Shown here: piece after piece, positions 18,263-29,460 of the stretch
How the letters are laid out: each line of letters begins with the position of its first letter
Position numbering within the stretch: position 1 is the stretch's first letter
NCBI GenBank assembly: GCA_947585105.1
Contig: CANPWV010000001.1
Coordinates: 2,875 to 66,874, forward strand
From: an uncultured Clostridia bacterium
GTDB lineage: Bacteria; Bacillota; Clostridia; TANB77; CAG-508
Direction: 5' to 3'
DNA: 64,000 bases
The notes under the pieces: model-generated
The model's database searches: none
The model's input: the letters and a program-made list of their open reading frames with translations, nothing else
What the model was told of the DNA's origin: nothing
Position numbers and translations under genes: made by a program

Positions 18263-19126
18263 TTGGAGATGGAAAATATTTTAGAGATTAAGAATCTGTC
18301 AAAAAAATATAAAGAATTTGAATTGAAAGATGTAAGTTTCGATTTGCCAAAAGGTGTAATAATGGGATTTGTAGGTGAAAATGGCGCTGGAAAAACTACT
18401 ACAATTAAGGCAATTTTAAATTTGATCAAAAAAGATAGCGGAGAGATTAAGATTTTTGGCTCAAAATTAGAAGACAACGAAAAAGAGATAAAAGAAAATA
18501 TAGGAGTTTTATTAGACGATAGCTTTTTATCTGAATATTTGAACCCAGTAGATTTAAATAAAATTATGAAAAATATTTATAAAAATTGGGATGAAAAGTT
18601 ATATTTTAAATATTTAAAAGACTTCAAATTGCCTGAAAAAGTTAGAATAAAAGATTTTTCAAGTGGAATGAAAACAAAAGTAAAAATTATAGTAGCTTTA
18701 TCTCACCATCCTAAACTTTTGATATTAGACGAACCTACATCAGGGCTTGATCCAGTAGCTAGAAATGAAGTTTTAGATATTTTTCAAGAATTTATGGAGA
18801 ACGAAGAAAATTCTATATTAGTTTCAAGTCATATAACTTCTGATTTAGAGCGAGTTGCGGATTACATTACTTTTATAAATGAAGGAAAAATAGTTTTTGT
18901 CAAAGAGAAAAATGAACTTTTGAATAGTTTTGGAATTGCTAAATGCACAGAAAAAGAGTTCGAAACAATTGACAAAAGCGACTTTGTAAAATTTAAGAAA
19001 AATAAATATGAATATGATATTTTAGTTGAAAATAAAACTGATTTTGAGAAAAAATATAATATAGAAGTGATAGACAAAGCAAATATTGACGATATTATGT
19101 ACATTTATATAAAGGGGGAAAAATAG
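18263..19126 (+). CDS. ABC transporter ATP-binding protein
   Basis: Walker A GENGAGKTT, signature SGGMK and Walker B ILDEPTSGLD. Confidence 0.85.
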   Translation: MEMENILEIKNLSKKYKEFELKDVSFDLPKGVIMGFVGENGAGKTTTIKAILNLIKKDSGEIKIFGSKLEDNEKEIKENIGVLLDDSFLSEYLNPVDLNKIMKNIYKNWDEKLYFKYLKDFKLPEKVRIKDFSSGMKTKVKIIVALSHHPKLLILDEPTSGLDPVARNEVLDIFQEFMENEENSILVSSHITSDLERVADYITFINEGKIVFVKEKNELLNSFGIAKCTEKEFETIDKSDFVKFKKNKYEYDILVENKTDFEKKYNIEVIDKANIDDIMYIYIKGEK

Positions 19127-19769
19127 ATGAAAGGTTTGATTTTGAAAGATTTACTTGAACTTAAAAGTTATAAAAATACTTTATTTGTTTTCTTAATTGT
19201 ATCTTTGATATTGATAATTAAAGAAAATACTTCTGGAACACCGATATTATCAATACTTCTAATGACTATTGGATTTGGAATGTTTTCTGTTGCTTCATTT
19301 TCTTATGACGAACAAGCAAAATCTGACAAATATATTCGGAAGTTTTCCTTTAACTAAAAAAGAAATTGTTTTGTCAAAATATTTACTCGTTTTTTTGTCA
19401 ATTATAATTGGTGCGGTAATTGGAGCAATTTTTAGCTTAATCATTGTATTTATAACTGCAAAACAATTTGTTGATATAAGAGAAATTTTGTTGATTTCAA
19501 CAGGTTCAATATTAGGAGTAAGCTTGTTAAATTCAACAGAGATGCCTTGTTTTTACAAATTTGGAATGGAAAAAGGAAAAATTTGCTCAATGCTTATTAT
19601 TTTAGTATTTACTTTAGGAGCAACATTTTTAGTAACATCATTGCCAGACTTTAATGTAACAGATAAGCTAATTACAATCTTGCCAATAATATTTATTTTA
19701 TTAACCCTTGTAGCTTTTATAATTTCTTACTCAATATCTTATAAAATATATAAAAATAAAGAGATGTAA
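19127..19769 (+). CDS. ABC-2 type transporter permease. Continuous only with a +1 shift at in-frame CGG 19337-19339.
   Basis: ORFs 19127..19357 and 19269..19769 join as ..SDKYI-G-SFPLTKKEIVLSKYLL... Six predicted TM segments. Confidence 0.7.
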
Positions 19770-19772
19770 ATA

Positions 19773-19809
19773 AAAATAGTAAATGTTTAAAAACATTTAC
19801 TATTTTTTT
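19773..19809. terminator. Bidirectional terminator hairpin. A near-identical copy sits at 21350..21387.
   Basis: aatagtaaatgtttaaaaacatttactattttttt lies between the convergent permease and XRE genes. Confidence 0.5.
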
Positions 19810-20024
19810 GCCTTAGGGTAAGGCTTTTTTTCGTTAGTTCTGAAAACTAAATAATCTATACTTGTATTATAATAATCGGCAAGTTTTGATAATAAATCTA
19901 AAGGAATATTTCTTTTGTTTAATTCATAATGTGAATAGGCAACTTGTGATATGTTAAGCAATTTACTTATATCAGTTTGATTCAAATCATTATCTTCTCT
20001 TAAATTTCTGAGTCTTGTTTCCAT
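19800..20024 (-). CDS. XRE-family HTH transcriptional regulator
   Basis: Cro/CI-type HTH (LNQTDISKLLNISQVAYSHYE). Confidence 0.8.
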   Translation of the reverse strand: METRLRNLREDNDLNQTDISKLLNISQVAYSHYELNKRNIPLDLLSKLADYYNTSIDYLVFRTNEKKPYPKAKK

Positions 20025-20144
20025 ATAATTTTTCTCCTTTTAAATTACTAACAAAATTATAAAATAAAACAAAATGTTATATTGACTTTTAAAACATATT
20101 GTTATAAAATTAAATTGATACTAAAGAAGAGTAGGAGGAATAAA

Positions 20145-21345
20145 ATGAAAAAAATATATGAATCAAATCAAGGAATCACGCTAATAGCGCTAATTATAAC
20201 GATTATAGTTTTGTTAATTTTAGCTCGGTGTTTCAATATCTTTGGTAGTAGGAGATAATGGAGTTTTAACACAAGCTCAAAACGCGAGTAAGAAAACTAC
20301 AGTTGCAAGTGAAAAAGAAGCAATAGAATTTGTTATGTCAGATGTTCAAGTAGATATTTTAACAGATAAAGATGTTCCAGAAAGTAAATTAATAGGGGAC
20401 AAGCTATCAGGATTTTCAGTTGTAGAAGCTTGGAAAAGCGTTATGGTTGGAGATAAAAGTTATGAAAATGGATGGTATTTAATAGAAAAAGACGATAATA
20501 TTCCAAGTTATGGAAAAGCAAAATCAAACTGGTTAATAAATTATAATACAGGAGAAATAATTGAACTTGAGGACGATAGTTATAGAATAGCAAGTTCAAA
20601 TTCTAGTGGAGCTTTAGTAGATAATACTTTAAAATTAAACATAGATCCAAGTAATCTTCAAGATAGAAGCAAATGGGAAAATGATGGAATAATAGTAAGC
20701 TTTGCTGGAGAAGATACTGGAGGTGAAAATAGTGGAGTAAAAGAAACAGAAATAAAATTTGATGGAACAGATGACTATTTAAAAATTGAAGGGATAAACT
20801 TAAATAAAAGCGGTGGAATAACTTTTGAATATTATGGGGGAAACTATGGAACAATAAGATATCCATTAGAAAAAATAGAATTTGATGAATATGGAAATCC
20901 AACAGGATATTCAAATTTTAGATGGCATATTGAAGATATTGGTATTGGATGTATCTTTGGAAATATTAATTGTCAATCAGATTTGAAATATGATACTGAT
21001 AATAATTGGTTTGGATTTTTAGGAGATTTTAGTGGTGGCTATGATTATATTACAATTTCTTTAGACTTTAAAACAAGTGAAATGATATTATATAAAGATG
21101 GTATTGAATTAGATAGAACAATTCTAGGTATAGAGTATTTAGAAAGCGGTGATATATTTAAAAATGAGATACCATTTGCTATTGGAATGGTGTGTGGTGG
21201 AGCACCATGGCAAGTTCAATATGGAAAATTTGACTTATACGCTTGTCGTTTATATACTAGAGTTTTAACAGATGAAGAAATAAGTCAAAATTATACGGCA
21301 ACAACTAAATACCACAATGATTTAGTAAATTCAGTTACTGAATAA
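20145..21345 (+). CDS. Prepilin-type N-terminal domain protein with C-terminal LamG-like (concanavalin A-like) domain. Continuous only with a +1 shift at in-frame CGG 20226-20228.
   Basis: N-terminus is MKKIYESNQGITLIALIITIIVLLILA-G-VSISLVVGDNG (pilin-like methylation-motif helix). The C-terminus has a LamG_3-like ending (..LYACRLYTRVLTDEEISQNY). Confidence 0.65.
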
Positions 21346-21472
21346 AACTAAAAATAGTAAATGTAGAAAAAACATTTACTATTTTTTTGCAAATTTTTTA
21401 TAAAAAATGTAACCTTTTTTGAAAAAATGGTATTATATAAATGAAAGTACTTTTAAGGAGTTTAGATCTAAA

Positions 21473-22027
21473 TTGAATGATGATAAGACACTAGAAGATT
21501 TCAAAAACGAGGAAAACAGGCTAGATATAGAGAAGGTTATAAAGACTTATAATAATTATATTTATACTGTTGTGAGAAATTTAATATCAAATGAAGAAGA
21601 TGTAGAAGAGATTTTATCAGATGTATTTACTATTTTATGGAAAAATTATACCGCAATGACCTTAAATAGTGAAATTAAAATAAAACCTTATCTTATTGGA
21701 ATAACCAAAAATTTAATTAAGAAAAAATATAAAAACCAAAATGCACTAGAAAGTCTTGATTCTATGGATGTTGAAATACCAGATGTTACTGATGTTTCAA
21801 AACTTGCTGAAAATAATGAAAAAAGCAAATTGATATTAGAGGTCCAAAACGAAATGAAAGAAGAGGAAAGAGAAATTTTTATAATGTTTTATTATCAAAA
21901 TAAGAAAGTAAGAGAAATTGCTAAAATTCTTAAAATATCAACTTCAAAAGTAAAAGTGAAATTACATAGATTAAGGAATTTAGTAAAGAAAAAGTTTAAA
22001 GAGAGGGGATATAGCTATGGAAGATAA
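21473..22027 (+). CDS. ECF-type RNA polymerase sigma-70 family factor
   Basis: Region 2 and region 4 sigma motifs (..FIMFYYQNKKVREIAKILKISTSKVKVKLHRLRN). The TTG start at 21473 after AAGGAG is inferred, so the start is uncertain. Confidence 0.7.
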   Translation: MNDDKTLEDFKNEENRLDIEKVIKTYNNYIYTVVRNLISNEEDVEEILSDVFTILWKNYTAMTLNSEIKIKPYLIGITKNLIKKKYKNQNALESLDSMDVEIPDVTDVSKLAENNEKSKLILEVQNEMKEEEREIFIMFYYQNKKVREIAKILKISTSKVKVKLHRLRNLVKKKFKERGYSYGR

Positions 22028-22463
22028 TAAATTAAGCGAAAAAATTATTAATAATGTGAGAAATAGAATAGTTGTATCTAACCTAGAAAGCGAGGAAAAA
22101 ATGAAAATAAGTAAGAAAAAACAAGTTATTTCAATAGCTATGATTTGCTTAATTTTATTAACTGGAAGCTTTGTTACTGTAAACGCGGCAACAGACGGAA
22201 AACTTGTTAAAGATGTTAAAGATACTATAAAAACTGTTACAGTTAGAATAGTTAAAAATGGCGAAATAACTGAAATGAAAGCAGAACCAATTGAGTATGA
22301 CGAAAACGGAAATGGACTTATATCATATCATTTGACTGATAGCAATGTTGATGTAGAGCTTGAAGGAAAAGATATAGTTGTACAAAAGGGAACTATTGAA
22401 TTTCAAGAAAATTCAAATGAAATAGAAAATGAAGCTCAATTAATTTATAGATATGAAGAATAG
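22017..22463 (+). CDS. Putative anti-sigma factor (single-pass membrane protein)
   Basis: It overlaps the sigma gene stop, has one TM helix, and shows the typical sigma/anti-sigma gene pairing. Confidence 0.5.
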   Translation: MEDNKLSEKIINNVRNRIVVSNLESEEKMKISKKKQVISIAMICLILLTGSFVTVNAATDGKLVKDVKDTIKTVTVRIVKNGEITEMKAEPIEYDENGNGLISYHLTDSNVDVELEGKDIVVQKGTIEFQENSNEIENEAQLIYRYEE

Positions 22464-22507
22464 TTAAAATTTAAAAATGGCTTACTCAGAAGGGAGTAAG
22501 CCATTTT

Positions 22508-23059
22508 TTAGTAGAATAATTTTTCAAACCAGTTTTTCATATTTAATAATAATTCGTCTAAAGAATATTTGCTTTCGTTCCTGAAATATTCAATAAATTC
22601 CATACTAACACCATTCATGAAAAATGATAAATTTAGCTCGAGAAACTCGTCTGAATTAGTATTTTTCAAAAAATCGTAAATCTTTTTACTAGCTATATTT
22701 TTAAGCTCTCCTACAACTAAAAGCGATTCGTCAGCCGATAATAATAATTTGTAAGTCTCCTCATTATCTTTAAAACACTGTATAATATTTGAAAAATAAC
22801 TAAATAAATCTTCTTTTGAATTTATTTTCAAATCGTCACTTCCTAGAAACGCAATGGTTTGCAACTGATAATCATTAGCAACATCATATATACTTTCATA
22901 GTGCGTGTAAAATGTGCTTCTAGTAAGCTCGGCTCTCTTTACAAGCTCTGTTACAGTTACTTTATTTAATTGCTTTTTCTCGTGAAATAATTCGGCAAAA
23001 GTTTTCTTAATTAAATTTCTCGTTTTTATAGAAGAGGAATTTAGACATTGTACTTTCAT
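22508..23059 (-). CDS. TetR/AcrR-family transcriptional regulator
   Basis: N-terminal TetR HTH (VTVTELVKRAELTRSTFYTHY). It is divergent from the MMPL transporter gene. Confidence 0.85.
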   Translation of the reverse strand: MKVQCLNSSSIKTRNLIKKTFAELFHEKKQLNKVTVTELVKRAELTRSTFYTHYESIYDVANDYQLQTIAFLGSDDLKINSKEDLFSYFSNIIQCFKDNEETYKLLLSADESLLVVGELKNIASKKIYDFLKNTNSDEFLELNLSFFMNGVSMEFIEYFRNESKYSLDELLLNMKNWFEKLFY

Positions 23060-23244
23060 TTGTGGCCCCTTTCTTAAAATTAATTAGAATATAAATATTA
23101 TAGCATAGTTTTATCAAAAGATAAAGACAATTTATAAAAAAGTGTCAAAATTTAGACACTTTTTATTTTTTTATACTTCCATTTTGTAAAAAAAGGGAAT
23201 ATAATATAGAACAGATTTTTTAAAAAGGGAAAGGATGATTATCA

Positions 23245-26200
23245 TTGAGGAAAATTACAGATTTTGTTGTAAATAAAAGATATTTTATTTTAGTTTTGTT
23301 TGTAATTTTAACAATTATTTCAGGAATATTTTCAAGAAAAGTAAAAATTAATTATGATATTGCTGAATATTTACCAGATACTTCTGAAACTAGAATCGGA
23401 ATGGACATCATAGAAAAAGAGTTTGCTGGAACAGAGACAAGTACTCTAAACTTGATGTTTAAAGATTTACCAGATAAAGAAAAAACAGAAGTAAAAGAAA
23501 ATTTAGAAAAAATTAAAGGTGTAGAAAGTGTAGATTATGACGAAACTGAAAAATACAATAAGAAAAACTATACTTTATATGTTATAACAGTAGACGACAA
23601 GGAAGATTCAGAACTTGCCAAGAATGTGTACAATAATGTAATTGAAAAATATGACGAAAAGTATACTATTTATACAAGTGGAAATGTTTCAGATACAAAT
23701 AAAACTGTATTACCATTTGGAATAATAGTTTTAGCGGTTGGTTGCGCGCTTGTAATTTTGATTATAATGTGCGAATCTTATATTGAGCCATTTTTGTTTT
23801 TGACGGCAATTTTAATGGCGGTCGTTTTAAATAGCGGAACAAATATAATATTTGGAATGGTTTCAAATATAACAAATTCAATATCTGCAATATTGCAACT
23901 TGCTTTGTCAATGGATTATTCAATTATGCTAATGAACAGATATACTCAAGAAAAAGAAACAGAAAAAGACAAAGTAAAAGCTATGAAGAAAGCTTTATAT
24001 CACGCTTTCCAAGCTATTTCAAGCAGCTCTGTTACTACAATAGTTGGACTTCTTGCTTTAGTGTTTATGAGTTTTACTATTGGTAGAGATTTAGGATTTG
24101 TTTTGGCTAAAGGTGTGTTATTTAGCTTGATTTGTATTTTCTTTGTATTACCAGCTTTAATATTATTATTTGATAAATTAATTACAAAAACAAAGAAGAA
24201 AACTCCAAATATTAAGCTTACTTTATTAGGAAAATTTAGCCACAAAATGAGATTTGTAGCAATACCTTTATTTCTTTTAGTATTTGTTGGAAGCTTTGTA
24301 TTAAAAGGAAATTTAGGTTATGATTATACTCAGACTCAACAAGATGATGTTTCAACTGTTTTTGAAGAAAATAATCAAATGGCAATAATTTATAAAAATG
24401 ACGAAGAAGAAAAAATTGTAGAATATCTAGAAAAGCTTGAAAATGACAAAAAAGTTGACGAAGTTTTAGCTTATGGAAATACAATTAATGAAGAGCTAAC
24501 TTATGATAAATTAAATGAAAGTTTGAATGATTTGGGCTCAAGTGTAAATATTGAAGATTATATGTTAAAAATAATCTATTATGATTATTTTACACCTGAA
24601 GTAACTTCTACTTATTCATTTGACGAGTTTGTAAGATTTGTTGAAAATGATGTATATACAAACGAGAAAATGAATGAAGAAATAGACGAAGAAACTAGAA
24701 ATAATATTACAAGATTAAAGAATTTTATAACAAATGATGAGATATATAAATCAAGGAAAATGAGTGATATTGCTACAATTCTTGAAGTAGATCAAGACAA
24801 ATTAAGCGATATAATTATTTTGTATTTGTCTCAAAACGATACAATTCAAATAAATATAAATGATTTTATAAATTTTATGAATAATGAAGTTTTAACAAAT
24901 CAAAGATATGGCTCTAAAGTTGGCGAAAATGAAAGAGCAAGTTTAAACAAATTATCAGTGTTTTCAAATATAGATTTGATTCAAAGAAAAATGGGAAGTG
25001 ACGAGATTTCAGGATTATTTGGAATCGATTCAAATATTTTAGGACAAAATCCAGTTCAAATGACACCTCTTGAATTTACAAACTTTATTTTATTACATAA
25101 AGACGACGAAATTTTAAGTGGAAAAATCGACCAAGGAACAATAGGAAGTTTAAGCTTGCTTCAAACTGTTATGAATGGAGTTGTTTCAGGAAAAACTTAT
25201 TCAAGTAGCGAACTTTCTAGTTTGTTAGGAATGAATTTAAATGATTTAAAATTAATTTATGGTTTGTATGGTGCTAGACATTTAAATCCAAACCCTAGTA
25301 TCTCTTTAAAAGAATTTGTAGATTTCTTACTTGAAGATGTAGTTACAAATCAAGAGTATTCACAAGGTTTTGACGAAGATAAAATTACAAAATTGAACAC
25401 TGTTAATAAGATTATGAACGATTCTTTAAATGGTGTTAAATATACTTCAAGCGAAATGTTTGATATTGCTACAAAACTTACAGACAATATGGAGAAAAAG
25501 ACTTTAGATCTTTTATATATTTACAATGGAAGTATTAATAGCTACAACAGCGAATGGACTATGACTGTAGAGAAATTTGTTAATTTCTTGAATGATAATG
25601 TTTTAAATGATGAGAAGTTTACAGATTTCATTGAAGATGATATGAGAAATGATATAGTAAACGCAAAATCTGATATTGTTGATGCGAAAGAACTTCTTAT
25701 TGGAAAAAATTATTCAAGAATTGTTTTAAATACAAAATATAGCGCTGAAAATAAAGAAACTTTTGATTATATTAAAAATCTAAAAAAAGAAATTGGAAAA
25801 GATGTTAAAGAATTTTATATAGTTGGCGATTCGCCTATGGCTTATGAAATGAGTCAAACTTTTAATGATGAGCTAAATTTGATAACAGTTATTACTATGA
25901 TAGCGATTTTCATAGTTGTTGCGGTAACATTTAAATCTTTGATTATACCAATTATATTAGTTTTGACTATACAGTGCGCGGTATTTTTGATAATGGGAAT
26001 TTTGTCATTTACAGGAGAAAATGTATATTTCATAGCAATGTTAATTGTTCAAAGTATTTTGATGGGTGCAACTATAGATTACGCAATTTTGTACACTTCA
26101 TATTATTTGGAATATAGAAAAACATTAGGAGTAAAAGAAAGTTTGGTTGAGGCTTACAACAACTCAATACATACAATATTAACATCAAGTTCAATATTAA

Positions 26201-26379
26201 TAATAGTTACTTTGATTATAGCAAATTTTGCTTCTGCAATCGCAGCTAAAATTTGCAAAACAGTATCACAAGGAACATTATGTTCAACACTATTGATTTT
26301 GATATTGCTACCATCAGTTCTTGCTGGATTTGACAGAATTATAGTTAAAAAGAAAAAAGTTAAAGAAGAGAAAAAATAA
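23245..26379 (+). CDS. MMPL/RND-superfamily membrane transporter (YdfJ-like)
   Basis: Two 6-TM bundles separated by large extracytoplasmic domains, 1044 aa in total. Confidence 0.75.
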   Translation: MRKITDFVVNKRYFILVLFVILTIISGIFSRKVKINYDIAEYLPDTSETRIGMDIIEKEFAGTETSTLNLMFKDLPDKEKTEVKENLEKIKGVESVDYDETEKYNKKNYTLYVITVDDKEDSELAKNVYNNVIEKYDEKYTIYTSGNVSDTNKTVLPFGIIVLAVGCALVILIIMCESYIEPFLFLTAILMAVVLNSGTNIIFGMVSNITNSISAILQLALSMDYSIMLMNRYTQEKETEKDKVKAMKKALYHAFQAISSSSVTTIVGLLALVFMSFTIGRDLGFVLAKGVLFSLICIFFVLPALILLFDKLITKTKKKTPNIKLTLLGKFSHKMRFVAIPLFLLVFVGSFVLKGNLGYDYTQTQQDDVSTVFEENNQMAIIYKNDEEEKIVEYLEKLENDKKVDEVLAYGNTINEELTYDKLNESLNDLGSSVNIEDYMLKIIYYDYFTPEVTSTYSFDEFVRFVENDVYTNEKMNEEIDEETRNNITRLKNFITNDEIYKSRKMSDIATILEVDQDKLSDIIILYLSQNDTIQININDFINFMNNEVLTNQRYGSKVGENERASLNKLSVFSNIDLIQRKMGSDEISGLFGIDSNILGQNPVQMTPLEFTNFILLHKDDEILSGKIDQGTIGSLSLLQTVMNGVVSGKTYSSSELSSLLGMNLNDLKLIYGLYGARHLNPNPSISLKEFVDFLLEDVVTNQEYSQGFDEDKITKLNTVNKIMNDSLNGVKYTSSEMFDIATKLTDNMEKKTLDLLYIYNGSINSYNSEWTMTVEKFVNFLNDNVLNDEKFTDFIEDDMRNDIVNAKSDIVDAKELLIGKNYSRIVLNTKYSAENKETFDYIKNLKKEIGKDVKEFYIVGDSPMAYEMSQTFNDELNLITVITMIAIFIVVAVTFKSLIIPIILVLTIQCAVFLIMGILSFTGENVYFIAMLIVQSILMGATIDYAILYTSYYLEYRKTLGVKESLVEAYNNSIHTILTSSSILIIVTLIIANFASAIAAKICKTVSQGTLCSTLLILILLPSVLAGFDRIIVKKKKVKEEKK

Positions 26380-26396
26380 ATTACAGGAGATAGAAA

Positions 26397-27134
26397 ATGA
26401 AAGTTGAATATACTAAAAATCACATGGTAAATTACACAGAAGTAAATCAAGAGGGAAAATTAGATATTATTTCAAGTTTTAATTTGGTTCAAAATGTAAT
26501 GACTGAATATTTTGAGAGTTTTAAAAGTGATAATATAAGATTAAAGGCCAAAAATAACGCGATTTGGGTGGTTACAAAAGCTAAAATGCACTTCTATAAA
26601 TACCCAATGTGGAGAGAAAAAATCTTCGGAAGAGGTCATACGACTAAAGTTAAGCCAATTAGAACTGAGATGGAAACAACTTTCAAAAATGATTTAGATG
26701 AACTTCTATTTAGCGTAAGACAGGAAACATGTGTAATAGATTTAGATACTAGAAAAATAAGAAAAATTGAAACTGTAGATTACCCAAAAGATATGGAGGA
26801 GGAAGAAGCTCTTTTCAAAGATCCATATCAAATCTTAAAAGACGATTTTTCAGAAAATGATTTTGTTTATAGTCAAAAGGTGTATTCGTCAGACATTGAT
26901 TTTAGTAGACATACAAATAATGTTTCTTATGTGAAATTTATAATAAATTCTTTACCTTGCAAATTCTTTGAAGACAACAAAGTTACAGATGTTGAGATAC
27001 ACTATATTAGCGAGACAAAAGAAGGTCAAACTTTGAAAGTGTATAAAAAAGAAAAAGAAAATTCTGTAGAGTTTTTGATAACTGAAGGCGAGCGCGAAGT
27101 AATTAGAGCAAAAATTAATTATATTAAAAATTAA
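26397..27134 (+). CDS. Acyl-ACP thioesterase family protein
   Basis: Size and sequence pattern of FatA-like double hot-dog thioesterases. Confidence 0.7.
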   Translation: MKVEYTKNHMVNYTEVNQEGKLDIISSFNLVQNVMTEYFESFKSDNIRLKAKNNAIWVVTKAKMHFYKYPMWREKIFGRGHTTKVKPIRTEMETTFKNDLDELLFSVRQETCVIDLDTRKIRKIETVDYPKDMEEEEALFKDPYQILKDDFSENDFVYSQKVYSSDIDFSRHTNNVSYVKFIINSLPCKFFEDNKVTDVEIHYISETKEGQTLKVYKKEKENSVEFLITEGEREVIRAKINYIKN

Positions 27135-27204
27135 AAATCTTTTTCTTGATTTTAGTATATCAAGATGGTATAATCTATCTATTGATTTTTAAATTAGAAA
27201 AGAG

Positions 27205-27711
27205 ATGAAAGACTTGAAATTAAACTTAGTATTAGTTGAGCCAGAGATACCACAAAACACTGGTAACATAGCTAGAACTTGCGCAATTATTGGTGCGAAG
27301 CTTCATTTGGTTCATCCACTAGGATTTAAAATAGACGAAAAAAGCGTAAAGCGTTCAGGACTAGATTATTGGGATAAGCTTTGTATCGAGGAACACGAGA
27401 ATTTAAACGTTTTTTTGGAAAAATATAAACCAGAAGAAAATTGTATGTTTTTTTCTACAACAAAAGGAAAGCAAATTTATTCTGACATTGATTATAGTAA
27501 TATGGACGAAGTATTTTTGCTTTTTGGAAAAGAAACAAAAGGATTACCAGAGCCTTTATTAAAAAAATATATTGATAAAACAATTAGAATTCCAATGAGA
27601 GAAACGCTTCGCTCATTGAATTTATCTAATTCAGTAGCAATAGTGGCTTATGAGGTAATGAGACAAAAGAACTTTGAAAGATTAGAAGGAATATCTTCAT
27701 ATTTTGATTAA
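27205..27711 (+). CDS. trmL: tRNA (cytidine/uridine-34 2'-O)-methyltransferase TrmL (SpoU family)
   Basis: SPOUT motifs (LVEPEIPQNTGNIART, ..LLFGKETKGLP..). Confidence 0.85.
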   Translation: MKDLKLNLVLVEPEIPQNTGNIARTCAIIGAKLHLVHPLGFKIDEKSVKRSGLDYWDKLCIEEHENLNVFLEKYKPEENCMFFSTTKGKQIYSDIDYSNMDEVFLLFGKETKGLPEPLLKKYIDKTIRIPMRETLRSLNLSNSVAIVAYEVMRQKNFERLEGISSYFD

Positions 27712-27730
27712 ATAAAACAAGGAAGGGTTA

Positions 27731-28666
27731 ATGAGTAGGCTAGAAGAGTATATAGAAGAGGTTAAAAAACATATTGAACGAGTTGGAGATATGTCTGAAA
27801 CAGAAATAATAAGATATGTTTATATTGATTTAGGTAAAAAATTTTCATTTAATCTAAAATTTGCTTTTGGAAATTCAAAAACTAAAAGGCAAATTTATAA
27901 TGATACAAGCGATTTAGATGGGATTATGGAAAACAATATTATTGTATGTAGTCAGTCGTCTAAAATATTAGAATATATTTTTAAAAAGCTAGATATAGAT
28001 GTGTTAACAGTTGAAGACGACACTGATGAAAGGTCTATACGTCATGTTAATAATCTAGTAAGACAAAAAGACGGAAAAAGATATATTATAGATTTACAAG
28101 ATGATATTCCAAATATTCAATCACATTCATTTACCAAAAGCTTTGGATTAAGCTTAGAGCGTAATTCTCCGCCAGTTATTACTAGATTCGAGTTAGAACA
28201 AATTGATAGAAAAATTGGTTATATAGATAAAGAAAATTATTATTCAGATGATTATTTATATTTATTAAAATCTGATATCGGCTATTTTGATACATTGCAA
28301 GAAAAAGCAAAATTTGTTTTAGAAAATATTGATATTCATGAAAATAAGAATATGAAATATGCGGAAAGAAAATGGAGCCATGAAAGAATATTACAACAAT
28401 TATTTTCTAGAAAAGAATTACAAAAATTAGCTATGATAGATTGTTATCAAGGTGATGGGGAAGAGAAAACTTACAAAAACGCCATTGTTATTGATAATAA
28501 AGAAGGAGCTGATGTGTATTTATATTCGATAGATGAATGTAGATATAAACAAGTTCAAATAAGCGAGCTTTATGACTTAATTAATCAAGGATTAGTATTA
28601 AGCGGACAAACTTATGGATTAAAAAAAGCTTTGAATGAATATAGTAAAAGCTTGGAAGAAAGGTAA
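27731..28666 (+). CDS. Hypothetical protein (311 aa)
   Basis: Good RBS, no recognisable domain. Confidence 0.5.
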   Translation: MSRLEEYIEEVKKHIERVGDMSETEIIRYVYIDLGKKFSFNLKFAFGNSKTKRQIYNDTSDLDGIMENNIIVCSQSSKILEYIFKKLDIDVLTVEDDTDERSIRHVNNLVRQKDGKRYIIDLQDDIPNIQSHSFTKSFGLSLERNSPPVITRFELEQIDRKIGYIDKENYYSDDYLYLLKSDIGYFDTLQEKAKFVLENIDIHENKNMKYAERKWSHERILQQLFSRKELQKLAMIDCYQGDGEEKTYKNAIVIDNKEGADVYLYSIDECRYKQVQISELYDLINQGLVLSGQTYGLKKALNEYSKSLEER

Positions 28667-28669
28667 TTT

Positions 28670-29416
28670 ATGGTAAATCAATTTTCGAGAACAGAGTTAT
28701 TAATTGGAAAAGATGGAATCGAAAAATTAAAAAATTCTAAAGTAGCAATATTTGGAATCGGCGGAGTTGGTTCATTTGTTGTTGAAGGCTTAGCTAGAGC
28801 TGGAGTTGGAAACTTTATTTTAGTTGATGACGATAAAGTAAGTTTAACTAATTTAAATAGACAAATAATAGCTACTTGCGAAACTATTGGGGAGCCTAAG
28901 GTAGAGGTTGCTAAAAAAAGAATATTAGATATAAACCCAAAAGCTAAAGTAGAAATATATCAAGAGTTTTTCATTCCTGAAAGCAAAGAAATTTTAGATA
29001 ATAAAATTGATTATATAGTAGATTCAATAGATACAGTAACTTCAAAAATTGAATTAGTAGTAAGAGCTAATAAATTAAATATTCCGATAATATCTTGTAT
29101 GGGAACTGGAAACAAGCTAGATCCAACGAGATTCGAGGTAACAGATATTTATAAGACAAGCGTTTGTCCTTTAGCTAAAGTTATGAGAAAAGAGTTAAAA
29201 GCTAGAGGAATAAAAGAGCTTAAAGTTGTTTATTCAAAAGAAGAGCCAATAAAACTTGATAATAATCTTCAAAATGAATGTAAAGAGGAAAGCTCTGGAA
29301 ATACTAGAAAAGGAGCTCCAAAGGCTCAAGTTCCAGGAAGTATATCATTTGTTCCATCAGTTGCGGGCTTGATTATAGCTGGAGAAGTTATAAAAGATAT
29401 TATAAAAAGAAAATAG
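28670..29416 (+). CDS. tcdA: tRNA threonylcarbamoyladenosine dehydratase (ThiF/MoeB E1-like)
   Basis: Nucleotide-binding motif GIGGVGS and TcdA-like sequence. Confidence 0.85.
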   Translation: MVNQFSRTELLIGKDGIEKLKNSKVAIFGIGGVGSFVVEGLARAGVGNFILVDDDKVSLTNLNRQIIATCETIGEPKVEVAKKRILDINPKAKVEIYQEFFIPESKEILDNKIDYIVDSIDTVTSKIELVVRANKLNIPIISCMGTGNKLDPTRFEVTDIYKTSVCPLAKVMRKELKARGIKELKVVYSKEEPIKLDNNLQNECKEESSGNTRKGAPKAQVPGSISFVPSVAGLIIAGEVIKDIIKRK

Positions 29417-29460
29417 TGAGGCTTAAATTAAACCTCACTATTTTTGTTAGATAGTTAAAA

